Below are positions 27,613 through 39,261 of a stretch of 64,000 bases of DNA, in pieces. How positions within the stretch are numbered: the first letter of the stretch is position 1; the number at the start of each line of letters is the position of its first letter. The DNA is from Acidobacteriota bacterium. Its GTDB lineage: Bacteria > Acidobacteriota > UBA890 > WLXD01. Location: NCBI GenBank assembly GCA_963666055.2, contig CAXWPH010000014.1, positions 32,001-96,000 on the forward strand, in the 5' to 3' direction. The position numbers and the translations under genes are program-made. The notes beneath the pieces are model-generated. The model was not told where the DNA came from, did no database searches, and saw only the letters and a program-made list of their open reading frames with translations.

Positions 27613-28770
27613 ATGGACAGCCGCCGCGTGTATCTCGACTACAACGCCACCGCGCCCGTGGCCACCGAGGTCAGGGCCGTCATGGAGCCGTGGCTAGCCG
27701 ACACCGCTGCCAATCCATCGAGCGTTCACCGCGACGGCCAGCGTGCGCGCGCCGCGGTGGAGACCGCGCGTCAGCAGGTCCTGAAGCTATGTGGAGGCCA
27801 CGATTTGGTGTTCTCCAGCGGTGGGACGGAGGCCGACAACCTGGCCCTGACCGGTTTGTTGGGATGGCCGCCTCGCGGTCATCTGGTGGTCTCGGCTATC
27901 GAGCATCCTGCCGTCCTGGAGCCTGCCGACGCGCTCGCCGCGTTCGGGGTCGAGACGACCCGGGTGCCGGTCGACGCTGAAGGGTGCGTTGATCCGAACG
28001 CGGTTGCCGCAGCCCTGCGCGACGATACGGTTCTGGTATCGGTCATGGCAGCCAACAATGAAACTGGCACCATCCAGCCGGTGCGCGAGGTTGCTTCCAT
28101 GGCGCGACGCCGCGGCATCCACGTGCATTGCGATGCCGTGCAGGCCGCCGCCTGGCTGGATCTCGATGATCTCCTAGGCGACGTCGACATGGTCAGCCTG
28201 TCTGGTCACAAGATCGGCGGACCACCCGGCATCGGCGCCCTCGTGCTGCGCCGACCGTTGGATCTCACCCCGATGCTGCGCGGCGGCGGGCAGCAGCGCG
28301 GACGGCGCGGCGGCACTGAGCCCACTGCCCTCATCGCCGGCTTTGGTGCCGCCTGCGATCGCGCTCGGAGACGGCACCGAGTCGAAGCGAAGCGTGTTGG
28401 CGGCTTGGCCAGCGAGCTCGCCGCGGAAATCGTCGACCTGGCGCCGGACGTACACGTGACCGTGCCCGCTGCGCCCCGACTACCGAACACGATCCACCTA
28501 TGCTTCGCCGAGTGCCCAGGCGACCTGTTGGTCGCATGCCTGGACCTGGAGAACATCGCGGCGTCAGCCGGCTCGGCATGTGCCAGCGGTGTGGCGCATG
28601 CTTCACATGTGCTGGAGGCGCTCGAACTGCCGAGGCGCTACCAGACCGGAGCGCTACGGTTGTCCCTGGGTTACGATACCGATCGCGAGCAAACTGCCGG
28701 CCTCGCGGCGCGCATCGTCCGGTGCGTTGTGGCCGCAACCGAGGGCAGCCTGCCTGCGGTGGGAGCCTGA
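27613..28770 (+). CDS. Cysteine desulfurase (IscS/NifS family)
   Basis: YLDYNATAP, SGGTEADN, ANNETG, SGHKIGG (PLP Lys) and SAGSACASG (catalytic Cys). Confidence 0.93.
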   Translation: MDSRRVYLDYNATAPVATEVRAVMEPWLADTAANPSSVHRDGQRARAAVETARQQVLKLCGGHDLVFSSGGTEADNLALTGLLGWPPRGHLVVSAIEHPAVLEPADALAAFGVETTRVPVDAEGCVDPNAVAAALRDDTVLVSVMAANNETGTIQPVREVASMARRRGIHVHCDAVQAAAWLDLDDLLGDVDMVSLSGHKIGGPPGIGALVLRRPLDLTPMLRGGGQQRGRRGGTEPTALIAGFGAACDRARRRHRVEAKRVGGLASELAAEIVDLAPDVHVTVPAAPRLPNTIHLCFAECPGDLLVACLDLENIAASAGSACASGVAHASHVLEALELPRRYQTGALRLSLGYDTDREQTAGLAARIVRCVVAATEGSLPAVGA

Positions 28771-28771
28771 G

Positions 28772-29878
28772 ATGGGGCGTGTCGCCGTAGCGATGAGCGG
28801 AGGCGTAGATTCGAGTGCCGCCGCAGCTATCCTGCGCCAGGAGGGGCACGAGGTCGTCGGTCTCACGTTGCAGCTCTGGGACTACGGCGACATCAACCGC
28901 GGGCGCGGACGGGGACGGTGTTGTTCCCCGGCCGATATCGCCGATGCTCGGGCGGTGGCGGCACAGCTCGACTTCCCCCACTACGTTTTCGACCATACTG
29001 CCGCGTTCCGGTCGGAGATCGTCGAGCCGTTCCTCGACTCCTATGCCGCCGGCGACACTCCGAGCCCGTGCATCCGATGTAACCGGAGGGTAAAGTTCGG
29101 ATTGCTCCGACGACTGGCGCGGAGCCTCGGTGCCGACTCGCTGGCGACGGGCCATTATGCCCGCCTCGGCGAGCGGTCCGGCCGACCGCTGCTCCGTAAG
29201 GGGGTCGATGCCGACAAGGACCAGTCGTACTTCCTCTTCGACGTGCCTGCGGAGCAGCTTCGCCACGTCCGTTTCCCTATAGGAGAACTCAGCAAGGACG
29301 AGGTCCGCGACGAGGCTCGACGATTGAATCTACACGTCGCGGACAAGCCTGAGAGCTATGATCTTTGCTTCATTCCGGACGGCGACAAAAACGCGTTCGT
29401 CGAGCGGCACCGACCCGAGAGCTCGGAACGGCCGATCGTCATGCGCCACGCCGACGGCCATTCGCTCGGGCAGACCAACGGCCTCCATCGCTTTACGATC
29501 GGCCAGCGGCGAGGGCTAGGCATCGTCGCGAGCGACCGGCTGTATGTGCTCGACATCGATGCCGAAGCTGCTAGCGTTACCGTCGGCCCGCGCCAAGGCC
29601 TGGAGAGCTCTACCTTGGTAGCTGAACGCTGCAACTGGCTGGCGATTGACGCTCCGGACTCTCCGCTGAGGGTCAGGGCACGCATCCGTCACCGACATCG
29701 CGAAGCCGAGGCCATCGTCACCCCGATGCACGGAGGCCGCTACCAGGTTGCGTTCGGAGAGCCTCAGCACGCGGTTACCCCCGGGCAGGGCGTAGCATTC
29801 TACGATGGCGATGTTCTGCTCGGCGGCGGCTGGATCATCCGCCAGCAAGCCGACCAGCCCGAGGCCGCCACCGCATGA
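28772..29878 (+). CDS. mnmA: tRNA 2-thiouridylase MnmA
   Basis: AMSGGVDS, PCIRCNRRVKF, ATGHYAR, KDQSYFL, FTIGQRRGL and TPGQ motifs. Confidence 0.97.
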   Translation: MGRVAVAMSGGVDSSAAAAILRQEGHEVVGLTLQLWDYGDINRGRGRGRCCSPADIADARAVAAQLDFPHYVFDHTAAFRSEIVEPFLDSYAAGDTPSPCIRCNRRVKFGLLRRLARSLGADSLATGHYARLGERSGRPLLRKGVDADKDQSYFLFDVPAEQLRHVRFPIGELSKDEVRDEARRLNLHVADKPESYDLCFIPDGDKNAFVERHRPESSERPIVMRHADGHSLGQTNGLHRFTIGQRRGLGIVASDRLYVLDIDAEAASVTVGPRQGLESSTLVAERCNWLAIDAPDSPLRVRARIRHRHREAEAIVTPMHGGRYQVAFGEPQHAVTPGQGVAFYDGDVLLGGGWIIRQQADQPEAATA

Positions 29879-29898
29879 TGGGACGTGCGGGGCAGTAG

Positions 29899-30654
29899 TT
29901 AATCCGCCGACTCGCGCGATTGCTTCAAGAGCGGCTCCAGCAGCATCCGTGCCGCCACTTGCTCGGCTCGCTTCTTGGTACTGCCTTGGCCTACGGCGCG
30001 CTGATTGTCGCCAGCGGTCACCTGAACGCGGAACGTCTTCTGGTGATCGGATCCCGACTCATCGACAACCTCATACAAGGGCAGAGGTAGCCCCGCAGCT
30101 TGTACATGCTCCTGGAGCGCCGACTTGAAGTCACGAGTGGGGGGCGACTGATCGGCGGCCGGGCTGATCAGCGGGTCGAGCCGCGCGAGGACGAACTCGC
30201 TAGCACAATCGAGTCCGCCGTCCAGGTAAAGGGCAGCTATCAGCGCTTCGAAGGTATTCGCCAGGATCGAGTTCTTGGTGCGGCCCGCGGTATTCTCTTC
30301 GCCGCGGCCCAGGAAGACGAACTGCCCCAGCCCGAGATCATCCGCAAGCTTGGCGAGCGTCTCCGCCGACACCAGGAACGACTTGAGCTTAGACATCTGT
30401 CCTTCGTTGAGCGACGGATATCGACGACATAGGAGGTCGCTGACGATCAGCCCCAACACCGCGTCACCGAGAAATTCGAAGACCTCGTTGTCGTCCACGC
30501 CGCCGCCCCGTTCGTTAGCATACGAGCGGTGCGTCAGGGCGCGAACCAGCAGCGCACGGTCGTCGAAGCTGTACCCGACCCGCTGCTCTAGAGGAGCGAG
30601 CGAGCCGCCGTCACGCGCGGTCTGCGAATCACCGATGCTGCGATCAGTTTGCAC
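29899..30654 (-). CDS. rnc: Ribonuclease III
   Basis: ALTHRS, NEVFEFLGDAVL, FEALIAALYLDGG and a dsRBD (DFKSALQE...KKRAEQ); GTG start inferred. Confidence 0.96.
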   Translation of the reverse strand: MQTDRSIGDSQTARDGGSLAPLEQRVGYSFDDRALLVRALTHRSYANERGGGVDDNEVFEFLGDAVLGLIVSDLLCRRYPSLNEGQMSKLKSFLVSAETLAKLADDLGLGQFVFLGRGEENTAGRTKNSILANTFEALIAALYLDGGLDCASEFVLARLDPLISPAADQSPPTRDFKSALQEHVQAAGLPLPLYEVVDESGSDHQKTFRVQVTAGDNQRAVGQGSTKKRAEQVAARMLLEPLLKQSRESAD

Positions 30655-31351
30655 CTGTCGGCAACTCCATCGACGCGCGAATCGCGACCGCCGCCGCCAC
30701 CGGGTCGTCGGCATGCAGAATTGGGCGCCCGACGACCAGATAATCGGCCCCGGCTAGCACCGCCGCCGCTGGGGTGGCGACGCGGGCCTGGTCGTGTGCG
30801 TCAGCGCCGGCCGGGCGAATCCCAGGCGTAACGAGGAGAAACTCCGGCCCCCATCGCGCGCGGATTGCGGCAACTTCTCGAACCGAGGCTACCACACCGT
30901 CACAGCCGCTATCGTGGGCCAGCTGACAGCGCCGGTCGACCACCGAGGCCGGGTCATCGTGGATGCCGACGGCCGGCAGATCCTCGGCCGAAAGGCTAGT
31001 GAGCAAGGTAACGCCCAGGAGTCGCGGGACGCGCTGCTTCGAGCGCGCCGCCACCGCCGCTTCGAGCATCTTGCGCCCGCCGCTGGTGTGCAAGGTGAGC
31101 AACTCCACCTCGAGCTCCGCGGCCGACCGCACGGCGCCGGCGGCGGTTGCCGGAATGTCGCAGATCTTGAGGTCGAGGAAGATCCCCCATCCGATCGACA
31201 TGAGCTCACGCACCAAGCCTGGCCCCTGAGCGATAAACAGTTGAAGACCGACCTTGAGGAGGTCGGCGTGCCCTTGCAGTGCTTCGGCAATCCGGAGGGC
31301 ACGTTCGGCGTTGGGGACATCGAGCGCGACGATCAGTCGCGGCCGGCTCAA
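30644..31351 (-). CDS. pyrF: Orotidine-5'-phosphate decarboxylase
   Basis: [26 protein letters not shown] and LVVGRPI motifs. Confidence 0.96.
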   Translation of the reverse strand: MSRPRLIVALDVPNAERALRIAEALQGHADLLKVGLQLFIAQGPGLVRELMSIGWGIFLDLKICDIPATAAGAVRSAAELEVELLTLHTSGGRKMLEAAVAARSKQRVPRLLGVTLLTSLSAEDLPAVGIHDDPASVVDRRCQLAHDSGCDGVVASVREVAAIRARWGPEFLLVTPGIRPAGADAHDQARVATPAAAVLAGADYLVVGRPILHADDPVAAAVAIRASMELPTGAN

Positions 31352-31737
31352 TTCATTCGCTCAATGCGCACTCGAGCGACTCCCTCGTCGACCATCACCA
31401 GCGCCCGCGCGGCGCCCAAAGACAAGTCCAGATCCCGTCCCTTGATGAACGGTCCACGGTCGTTGATCTCTACCACTACGGAGCGCCGGTTGCCCGGGTG
31501 CGTGACTCGCAGGCGTGTCCCGAACGGCAGAGTCTTGTGCGCCGCCGTCAGCGCGTACATGTCGAACACCTCGCCGCTCGCCGTCTGGCGGCCATGGTAC
31601 TTGGGTCCATACCAGGATGCGACCATTACCGCGACCTTCGATCCAGGTCGCGCTGCGGGACGAAGCTGCGTTGCGCACCCGCTTGCCACCAGGAGCATGG
31701 CGCTAATAGCGATCGCCGCCGGCAGCCGACGCGTCAC
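31348..31737 (-). CDS. rlpA: RlpA-like lytic transglycosylase lipoprotein (DPBB domain only)
   Basis: Lipobox ASG|C; [28 protein letters not shown] and DLS motifs; start inferred. Confidence 0.9.
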   Translation of the reverse strand: MTRRLPAAIAISAMLLVASGCATQLRPAARPGSKVAVMVASWYGPKYHGRQTASGEVFDMYALTAAHKTLPFGTRLRVTHPGNRRSVVVEINDRGPFIKGRDLDLSLGAARALVMVDEGVARVRIERMN

Positions 31738-31750
31738 CCTCCGAGAGCCC

Positions 31751-32689
31751 TCACAGCTCGCCCACCTGTAGCGACCCGATGACTTCGCGGACCGTGGGAA
31801 TCTCTTCATCGCAACACCATCTCGCCAGCTCATCGACCAAGCGCTGTGACGCGGTTGGATCGTAAAAGTTTGCCGTGCCGATCTGAACCGCTGTTGCGCC
31901 CACGGTCAAATACTGGAGCACATGATCAAGCTCAGATACGCCACCAATGCCTATCAAAGGCAATGACGAGACCAGAGATACCTCGTAAAGTAAGTACAGG
32001 GCGATCGGAAACATGACAGGACCAGAAAGCCCACCGTAAATCGTGGCCAGGAGCGGCCGACGGCGTCCTACATCGACAGCCATCCCCCGGATGGTATTGG
32101 CCACCGAGAGCGCGTCGGCGCCCGCTTCCTCGGCCGCTCGAGCCATCACACCAATGTCCGTCACGCCGGGCGCAAGCTTCACCCACAGGGGCTTTTCGGT
32201 CGCGGCACGGGCCGCCGCCGTGACCGCGTGGATCTGCACAGGATCAGTGCCGAAACTGATCCCGCCTTCCTTGATGTTCGGGCAAGAGACGTTGAGCTCG
32301 AGCGCGTGTACGCCGTCGGCCGCGTCCATGCGGCGAGCAACGCCCACGTACTCCTCCACCGTCCTGCCCCAGACGTTGGCGATCACCTTGAGGTCAAACT
32401 GTTCGAGGAACGGAAGCTTGTCCTGCACGAATGCGTCGGCTCCGACGTTTTGCAGGCCGATGGAGTTCAGCATGCCTCCCGAAACCTCGACGATTCGCTG
32501 AGGCTCATTGCCGCGCTCAGGTTCGAGCGACAAGCCTTTGACTACGATACCGCCGAGTCGGTTCAGATCGATGAGCTCGGCCATCTCCTCGCCGTATCCC
32601 ACCGTTCCGGATGCAAGCAGCATCGGATTGCTGAGCTCGACGTCGCCGACCTTCACCGCGAGATCGGCCCGCCCTTCAGGATCGCTCAT
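31751..32689 (-). CDS. pyrD: Dihydroorotate dehydrogenase family 1B, catalytic subunit
   Basis: [25 protein letters not shown] and GGLSGP motifs. Confidence 0.95.
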   Translation of the reverse strand: MSDPEGRADLAVKVGDVELSNPMLLASGTVGYGEEMAELIDLNRLGGIVVKGLSLEPERGNEPQRIVEVSGGMLNSIGLQNVGADAFVQDKLPFLEQFDLKVIANVWGRTVEEYVGVARRMDAADGVHALELNVSCPNIKEGGISFGTDPVQIHAVTAAARAATEKPLWVKLAPGVTDIGVMARAAEEAGADALSVANTIRGMAVDVGRRRPLLATIYGGLSGPVMFPIALYLLYEVSLVSSLPLIGIGGVSELDHVLQYLTVGATAVQIGTANFYDPTASQRLVDELARWCCDEEIPTVREVIGSLQVGEL

Positions 32690-33495
32690 CGCCAGCCCAA
32701 GGTGGCCGCGTCGAACACCGGACCCTCGCGACAGATGCGCTGATAGATCCAAGCATCACCGCGGTCGACTGGAACGACGCACGACAGACACACTCCGATT
32801 CCACAGCCCATCGGAGCTTCGAGACTCACTTGGTGGTCACAACCATGGCGGGCGGCAAGCTCGTCGACCGCTCGCATCATCGGCGTTGGTCCGCAGGAGT
32901 AGATGCGGGGGCGGCCCGCGGCGCGTTGCAGGTGCGCCTCGAGTGCGCCCGTGACAAACCCGCAGTGCCCGGCCGACCCGTCGTCGGTGGCCACGTGAAC
33001 CGGCACGTCCAGCTGTGCGAAGTCGTCCAGGCATCGCAGGTCCTCTCGGCTTCGACCTCCGACGAATGCCCGCACCCGGGCGCCGCGGCCTACGAGGACC
33101 TCCGCCAGCAGGGGAAACGGCGCCGCGCCGACCCCACCCATCACCAGCAGATCCTCCTCATCATCCAGCACGTCCGTCGCCGGCAGACGGAATGGGCGCC
33201 CGAGTGGGCCCAGAACGTCCGCCATGTCACCGGCCCTGGCGCGCGCCATCAACGTCGTGCCGCGGCCGGTGCGCTCTACCAATAGCGTGAACCCCACAGC
33301 GGCACCCGCCTCACGAACGATCCGGTAGATTGCCATCGGCCGACGCAGCAGGGGATCGATTGCGTCACCGGCCGAGATCATCACGAAGTGGCCCGGGAGG
33401 GACGCGGCGGCGATATCTGGACAACGGTATCGGAGCACGAAACAGCGGCCCGAAAGAGTGTGGATTGACTCCAATGCGAGCCGCCGTTCGAACAT
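32686..33495 (-). CDS. pyrK: Dihydroorotate dehydrogenase electron transfer subunit
   Basis: LRRPMAI, GPLG, GGVGAAP, CGPTPM and MGCGIGVCLSC...C (2Fe-2S) motifs. Confidence 0.93.
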   Translation of the reverse strand: MFERRLALESIHTLSGRCFVLRYRCPDIAAASLPGHFVMISAGDAIDPLLRRPMAIYRIVREAGAAVGFTLLVERTGRGTTLMARARAGDMADVLGPLGRPFRLPATDVLDDEEDLLVMGGVGAAPFPLLAEVLVGRGARVRAFVGGRSREDLRCLDDFAQLDVPVHVATDDGSAGHCGFVTGALEAHLQRAAGRPRIYSCGPTPMMRAVDELAARHGCDHQVSLEAPMGCGIGVCLSCVVPVDRGDAWIYQRICREGPVFDAATLGWR

Positions 33496-33502
33496 CAGGC
33501 GC

Positions 33503-33511
33503 AGGCTAGCA
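33503..33511 (-). promoter_or_regulatory. Extended -10 TGCTAGCCT of pyrK (probably leaderless)
   Basis: Lies 7 nt upstream of the pyrK ATG, with no Shine-Dalgarno. Confidence 0.55.
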
Positions 33512-33551
33512 TGGGGTCCGGCAAGCCGGCAAACTGCCGCCGTCTTGCGAG

Positions 33552-33580
33552 TTGACGCCCACTCGATGGGTAAGTAGGCT
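33552..33580 (+). promoter_or_regulatory. Sigma70-type promoter of pyrR-B-C-E
   Basis: TTGACG-N17-TAGGCT directly upstream of the PyrR-binding leader. Confidence 0.7.
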
Positions 33581-33590
33581 GACAGTATCG

Positions 33591-34346
<756 letters not shown>

Positions 34347-34347
34347 G

Positions 34348-35370
34348 ATGGGGGCAATGACGATGGATCCGACAACCACCACACTTCTCGATGACGCGAC
34401 AATGGTTTCAGAGCCGCCCGAGCAGGACATCGTGTTTCCGAAGAACCTCGTCGGCATCCGGACACTCGAGGCCGAGCAGATCGGACTCGTGCTGGACACA
34501 GCGGAGCACTTCAGAGCGATCTCCGAGCGTCCCATCAAGAAGGTCCCGGCACTTCGCGGCAAGACGGTCGTGAACCTTTTCTTCGAACCATCGACCCGGA
34601 CACGGACGAGCTTCGAGATAGCGGGTAAGCGGCTCTCGGCCGACGTCCAGAGCGTCTCCGCGTCCACCAGCAGCGTGGTCAAAGGAGAAACCCTCCTGGA
34701 TACCGCTCGCAATATCGAGGCGATGCTCCCCGATATTCTGGTGTTGCGTCACGCTAGCGCCGGCGCTACCGACTTCCTCGCGAGGCACTGTTCAGCCGCC
34801 GTAGTCAACGCCGGCGATGGAGCCCATGAGCACCCGACCCAAGCGTTGCTCGACGCGCTCACGATCCGTCGCAGCAAGGGTAAGATCGCCGGGCTGCGGG
34901 TGGTGATCGTGGGCGACATCAGCCATAGCCGGGTGGCGCGATCGAACATCCTGTGCCTGCGCAAGTTGGGGGCCGACGTTACCGTGGCAGCGCCGCCGAC
35001 ACTCATGCCCGTGCAGGTGGAATCGCTGGGCGTGACTGCCCACCACCGAATCGAGCCCGCGCTCGAGGGCGCCGATGTGGTGATGATGCTGCGTATCCAG
35101 GTGGAGCGTGGCGGCAAGCTCAACGTGCCCAGCGCGGCGGAGTACTTCAAGCTGTTCGGCCTCACCGAGAGCCGCCTCGCGCTCGCCCGAGACGATGCGA
35201 TCGTCATGCATCCGGGACCAATGAACCGGGGTGTCGAGATCGCTTCGGATGTCGCCGATGGGCCCCGATCGGTGATCCTCGAGCAGGTTACCAACGGGTT
35301 AGCGGTTCGCATGGCGATCCTCTATTTGCTGGCAGGAGGAAACCCGAAGAATGTCGAATCTGCTGCTTAG
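34348..35370 (+). CDS. pyrB: Aspartate carbamoyltransferase catalytic subunit
   Basis: [31 protein letters not shown] and HPGPMNRG motifs. Confidence 0.97.
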   Translation: MGAMTMDPTTTTLLDDATMVSEPPEQDIVFPKNLVGIRTLEAEQIGLVLDTAEHFRAISERPIKKVPALRGKTVVNLFFEPSTRTRTSFEIAGKRLSADVQSVSASTSSVVKGETLLDTARNIEAMLPDILVLRHASAGATDFLARHCSAAVVNAGDGAHEHPTQALLDALTIRRSKGKIAGLRVVIVGDISHSRVARSNILCLRKLGADVTVAAPPTLMPVQVESLGVTAHHRIEPALEGADVVMMLRIQVERGGKLNVPSAAEYFKLFGLTESRLALARDDAIVMHPGPMNRGVEIASDVADGPRSVILEQVTNGLAVRMAILYLLAGGNPKNVESAA

Positions 35371-36631
35371 GGGCGGCCGCCTGGTCGATCCGGCGAATGG
35401 CGTAGATATGGTTGGCGACTTGTTGGTCGTCGACGGCGTCATCGAGAAGACGGGACCCGAGATCGACGATGCCGCCGCCGAGACGATCGAGTGCGGTGGC
35501 ATGATCGTCGCTCCCGGTTTCGTTGACATGCACGTTCACCTTCGCGAGCCGGGCTTCGAGTACAAGGAAACGATCGCCACTGGGACCATGGCGGCCGCCG
35601 CCGGCGGGTTTACCGGCGTGGCGTGTATGCCCAACACCAGGCCGGTGAACGACCACCGCGCGGTGACGGAGTTCATCATCGAGCGGGCCAACCTCGAGGG
35701 GCACGTCCGGGTCCATCCGATCGGCGCGGTGAGCATCGGTCAAGACGGCGAGGCGTTGGCGGAGATTGGCGAGCTTGTCGGAGCGGGGTGCGTGGCGGTC
35801 TCTGACGACGGTTATCCGGTGGCCACCGCACAGCTCATGCGGAAGGCGCTCGAGTACAGCCGTATGTTCGACATCCCGGTGATCGATCACTGTGAGGAGC
35901 GCTCGATGACCACCGCGTCCGTGATACATGAGGGTGCGGTTTCCACCGCCCTGGGGATGCGCGGCTGGCCGGCGGCCGCCGAAGAGATCATTGTCGCGCG
36001 CGATCTATTGCTGGCCGAGGCGACCGGTGGACGGCTGCACCTGGCGCACCTTTCCACGGCCGGATCCATGCGACTAGTCCGCGACGCCAAGGAACGCGGC
36101 GTCAACGTGACGTGTGAGGTAATGACGCACCATTTCTCGCTCACCGACGAGGCCGTGCGTGGCTTCGATACCAACACCAAGATGAACCCGCCGCTGCGTG
36201 CCGAGTCGGACCGCCAGGCGCTGCTCGAGGCGATCGGCAACGGCACGGTCGACGCCATCGCCACCGACCACGCTCCGCATCATCGAGACGAAAAGCTGCT
36301 GGAATACGACCAGGCACCGTTTGGCATCGTTGGCCTCGAGACTGCGATCCCACTCGCCTGTACCCACCTGCTGCGCACTGATGTCATCGACGTCGCCCGG
36401 CTCGTGGAGCTCATGTCGGTCAACCCCAGCAGGATTCTCGGAATCGACGGCGGGACCCTGGCCAGCGGGACGCCCGCCCACCTCACCGTCATCGATCCCG
36501 AGCGCCAAGCGACGGTCGACGCCTCGGCGTTTCACAGTAAGTCCCAAAACACCCCCTTCGATGGACAGACCCTCTATGGCTGGCCCATGCTGACCGTCGT
36601 CGACGGAAAGATCGCATGGCGTCAGACGTGA
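35351..36631 (+). CDS. pyrC: Dihydroorotase
   Basis: [22 protein letters not shown] and ATDHAPH motifs. Confidence 0.97.
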   Translation: MSNLLLRGGRLVDPANGVDMVGDLLVVDGVIEKTGPEIDDAAAETIECGGMIVAPGFVDMHVHLREPGFEYKETIATGTMAAAAGGFTGVACMPNTRPVNDHRAVTEFIIERANLEGHVRVHPIGAVSIGQDGEALAEIGELVGAGCVAVSDDGYPVATAQLMRKALEYSRMFDIPVIDHCEERSMTTASVIHEGAVSTALGMRGWPAAAEEIIVARDLLLAEATGGRLHLAHLSTAGSMRLVRDAKERGVNVTCEVMTHHFSLTDEAVRGFDTNTKMNPPLRAESDRQALLEAIGNGTVDAIATDHAPHHRDEKLLEYDQAPFGIVGLETAIPLACTHLLRTDVIDVARLVELMSVNPSRILGIDGGTLASGTPAHLTVIDPERQATVDASAFHSKSQNTPFDGQTLYGWPMLTVVDGKIAWRQT

Positions 36632-37212
36632 CCGCGCCGAACGTCCGCACCCTGCTGCTCGACAGCGAAGCCCTGCTGGAGGGTCACTTCGCGCTCTCCT
36701 CGGGGCGGCACTCGGATCGCTATCTACAGTGCGCTCGTGCCCTGCAACATCCGAACGTCGCTGAGCGACTCGGGGCGGAGCTCGCCCAGCTCTGCCGAGA
36801 CGAGCTGGCTGAGACCCCGGAAGTGGTTGTCTCCCCCGCCCTCGGTGGTCTGATCATCGGACACGAAGTAGGGCGAGCCCTGGGCCTGCGAGCGTGCTTC
36901 ACGGAGCGCGTCGAAGGGGTCATGAAGCTGCGGCGTGGATTCGCACTAACCCCTGGCGAGCGTGTGCTGATGGTGGAGGATGTCATTACCACCGGACTCA
37001 GCAGTCGCGAAACGCTGCAGGTGATCCGCCAGCACGGCGGCCATCCGATCGCTGCCGCCTGCATCGCCAATCGCCTCGGGGCCGCGCAGGTCGACGAGCT
37101 GCCACTGCTGGCTCTCATGATGCTCGATGCGCCGGTTTGGGAGCCGCATGAGTGCCCGTCATGTGCTGCCGGGAGTACCGCGATCAAGCCAGGAAGCCGC
37201 ACGCCTGGATAG
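36628..37212 (+). CDS. pyrE: Orotate phosphoribosyltransferase
   Basis: LEGHFALSSGRHS, VEDVITTGLS and KPGSR motifs; GTG start overlaps the pyrC stop. Confidence 0.95.
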   Translation: MTAPNVRTLLLDSEALLEGHFALSSGRHSDRYLQCARALQHPNVAERLGAELAQLCRDELAETPEVVVSPALGGLIIGHEVGRALGLRACFTERVEGVMKLRRGFALTPGERVLMVEDVITTGLSSRETLQVIRQHGGHPIAAACIANRLGAAQVDELPLLALMMLDAPVWEPHECPSCAAGSTAIKPGSRTPG

Positions 37213-37227
37213 CTGCCGATCCGCCCT

Positions 37228-37507
37228 CTAGCAGGCCGTGGTGAAAGTGTGGCGGGCCTGGTTACGGCGAGTTGGGGCCAGATGCAAGGCGGCCTGACGC
37301 TCGCGATGCCCTAGCCATCGTCCAGGAGGGCCAACGGCGCAGATGGCCCCAAATCGCCGTAACCCTCCGGGCGATAGGGGGTTGCGCGCATATGCTGTGT
37401 CGTTCGTCGTCAACGATGGGGTAACCATCGCCTCCTCCTTATTTCCTTGCCTCCGCCTCGCAAGACCCTGTCGCCAGGCCCGCCACACTTCCACCACGGC
37501 CTGCTAG
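37228..37507. mobile_element. Full-length 280-bp MITE-like element (family A), CTAG-flanked
   Basis: TIRs CTAGCAGGCCGTGGTGaAAGTGTGGCGGGCCTGG / CCAGGCCCGCCACACTTcCACCACGGCCTGCTAG with nested internal hairpins; a homologous copy lies at 61005-61283. Confidence 0.92.
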
Positions 37508-39261
37508 TGGCGCCCGAGTTGACGCTCGATTGAACGGTGATCGAGCCGCAGCATGATCGGACGCCCGTGTGGACAGCGGGTTGGCGACTCACACTCTCCA
37601 AGCTGAGAAATCAGGCTCGCCATGACCTCGCGTGTCAGTGGCTGATTCGCCTTGACGGCCGCGTGACACGCGATCGAGGCGGCAACCTGGTTCTGGATAT
37701 GCTCGGCCGCTTCGCCGCCACGCTCATCGGCCAAGGACGCCAGCAGCGCGCGCAGCGTCGGCGCGCCGCGCCGCGTCCCCAGCACCTCCGGAACAGTGCG
37801 CAATGTCCAGGTCTGTCCGCCGAACGGCTCGATCTCGAAACCGAAGGTGGCCAGCAGCTCTTGGTGCTGCTCGGCCGCCGCCACCTCGAGGGCAGTCAGC
37901 TCCACGGTTTCGGGTACCAACAATCCTTGCACCGGTACCCGGCGACGCGCACGTTGCTCCAGCACCTGCTCGTACAGCACGCGCTCGTGCGCCACGTGCT
38001 GATCGATGATCAGCAGTCCGTCGTCGTCGACCGCGAGAATGTACGTGTTGGCGTACTGTGCGATCGGTTGGACGGCGCCGGGGGTGCCCACGATCGGCGT
38101 CGCAGCCTGGCTTTCGAGGACCCCCGCTCCGATCCCCGAGCCGCCGATTGACACCCAGTGCCGCAAGGGCAGGCTGGGCGCCCCCGACGCGCTCACTGGG
38201 ATCGCCGAGATGCCACCAGCGGCATCTCGAACCACCCCGTCGGGCATCGGTGACTGTGGCCATGCGCGCGGTGGCGACAGCCGACTCGCGAGCGACGTCG
38301 CGACGGCTCGACGCAGCGCCGCGAAGACGCGGCCCGGCTCGACGAAGCGCACCTCGGCCTTGCGCGGATGTACGTTCACATCTACATCGGCAGGATCGAG
38401 TGAAAGAAACAACACCGCCACCGGGAACCGCCGATGGTCCAGCAGCGAATCGAAGCCTGACACGACCGCGTGGGCCAGGCGACCGTCGCTGACCACCCTG
38501 CCGTTCACGAACAGGTGGATATGGCGCCGGTTGGATCGCGTGTGCTCCGGACTCGTCACGCCTCCGACGACACGTATCTCACCGCCGCCCTCGACCAGCA
38601 CCCAGCACTCGGCGACCGCCGCGCCGAGCACCTGATGGACGCGCTCATCGAGCGCCGCGACCGGGGGTGCCACGAGGCGCTCACGGCCGTCTACGGAAAG
38701 CGTCAGGCCGATGTCCGGGCGCAACAGAGCAAAGTCTTCGACCACCGCAGCGACGTGCCCGGTCTCGGTGGAATCGGTACGCAGATGCTTTAGCCGTGCC
38801 GGCGTGTTGCTGAAGAGCTCGTGCACGCGCACACGCGTGCCGCGCCGGCCTACGGACGTGCGTACGCTCGGCCTTTGGCGCTCCTCGACGTGAATCTCGG
38901 CACCGACCCCCTCGCCCGTGCCGGTAAGCATCTCGACGCGAGCCACCGCGGCAATGCTGGCAAGAGCCTCGCCGCGGAAACCGAGCGTGCGGATGTCGTC
39001 GAGATCCTCGACCGTCGCGATCTTGCTCGTCGCGTGTTGCCGAAATGCCAAGACCGCATCCTCGGAGGTCATCCCGTGGCCGTCGTCGTCGACTTCGATC
39101 AGCCGCCGTCCGCCGGCCTCGATACGAACGCCAATTCGGCAGGCGCCCGCATCGAGAGCGTTCTCGATCAACTCCTTGACGACAGAGGCGGGGCGCTCGA
39201 CGACCTCCCCTGCGGCGATGCGATCGATGACGGCGCCATCGAGCATGTGAATGGCTTTCAT
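37504..39261 (-). CDS. mutL: DNA mismatch repair protein MutL
   Basis: IAAGEVVERPASVVKELIENALDAG, GFRGEAL, DVNVHP, DQHVAHER, ACH and CPHGRP motifs. Confidence 0.97.
   Translation of the reverse strand: MKAIHMLDGAVIDRIAAGEVVERPASVVKELIENALDAGACRIGVRIEAGGRRLIEVDDDGHGMTSEDAVLAFRQHATSKIATVEDLDDIRTLGFRGEALASIAAVARVEMLTGTGEGVGAEIHVEERQRPSVRTSVGRRGTRVRVHELFSNTPARLKHLRTDSTETGHVAAVVEDFALLRPDIGLTLSVDGRERLVAPPVAALDERVHQVLGAAVAECWVLVEGGGEIRVVGGVTSPEHTRSNRRHIHLFVNGRVVSDGRLAHAVVSGFDSLLDHRRFPVAVLFLSLDPADVDVNVHPRKAEVRFVEPGRVFAALRRAVATSLASRLSPPRAWPQSPMPDGVVRDAAGGISAIPVSASGAPSLPLRHWVSIGGSGIGAGVLESQAATPIVGTPGAVQPIAQYANTYILAVDDDGLLIIDQHVAHERVLYEQVLEQRARRRVPVQGLLVPETVELTALEVAAAEQHQELLATFGFEIEPFGGQTWTLRTVPEVLGTRRGAPTLRALLASLADERGGEAAEHIQNQVAASIACHAAVKANQPLTREVMASLISQLGECESPTRCPHGRPIMLRLDHRSIERQLGRH

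Noticed and set aside
37228-37497. Similar small ORFs inside the two MITE copies (also 61005-61262)
   Set aside because: The similarity reflects the DNA repeat; the N-termini differ and there are no protein motifs.
37500-37510. MITE ends (…TGCTAG) creating outward TGCTAnnnT promoters
   Set aside because: None of the junctions in this window supplies the final T, so no complete motif is formed here.
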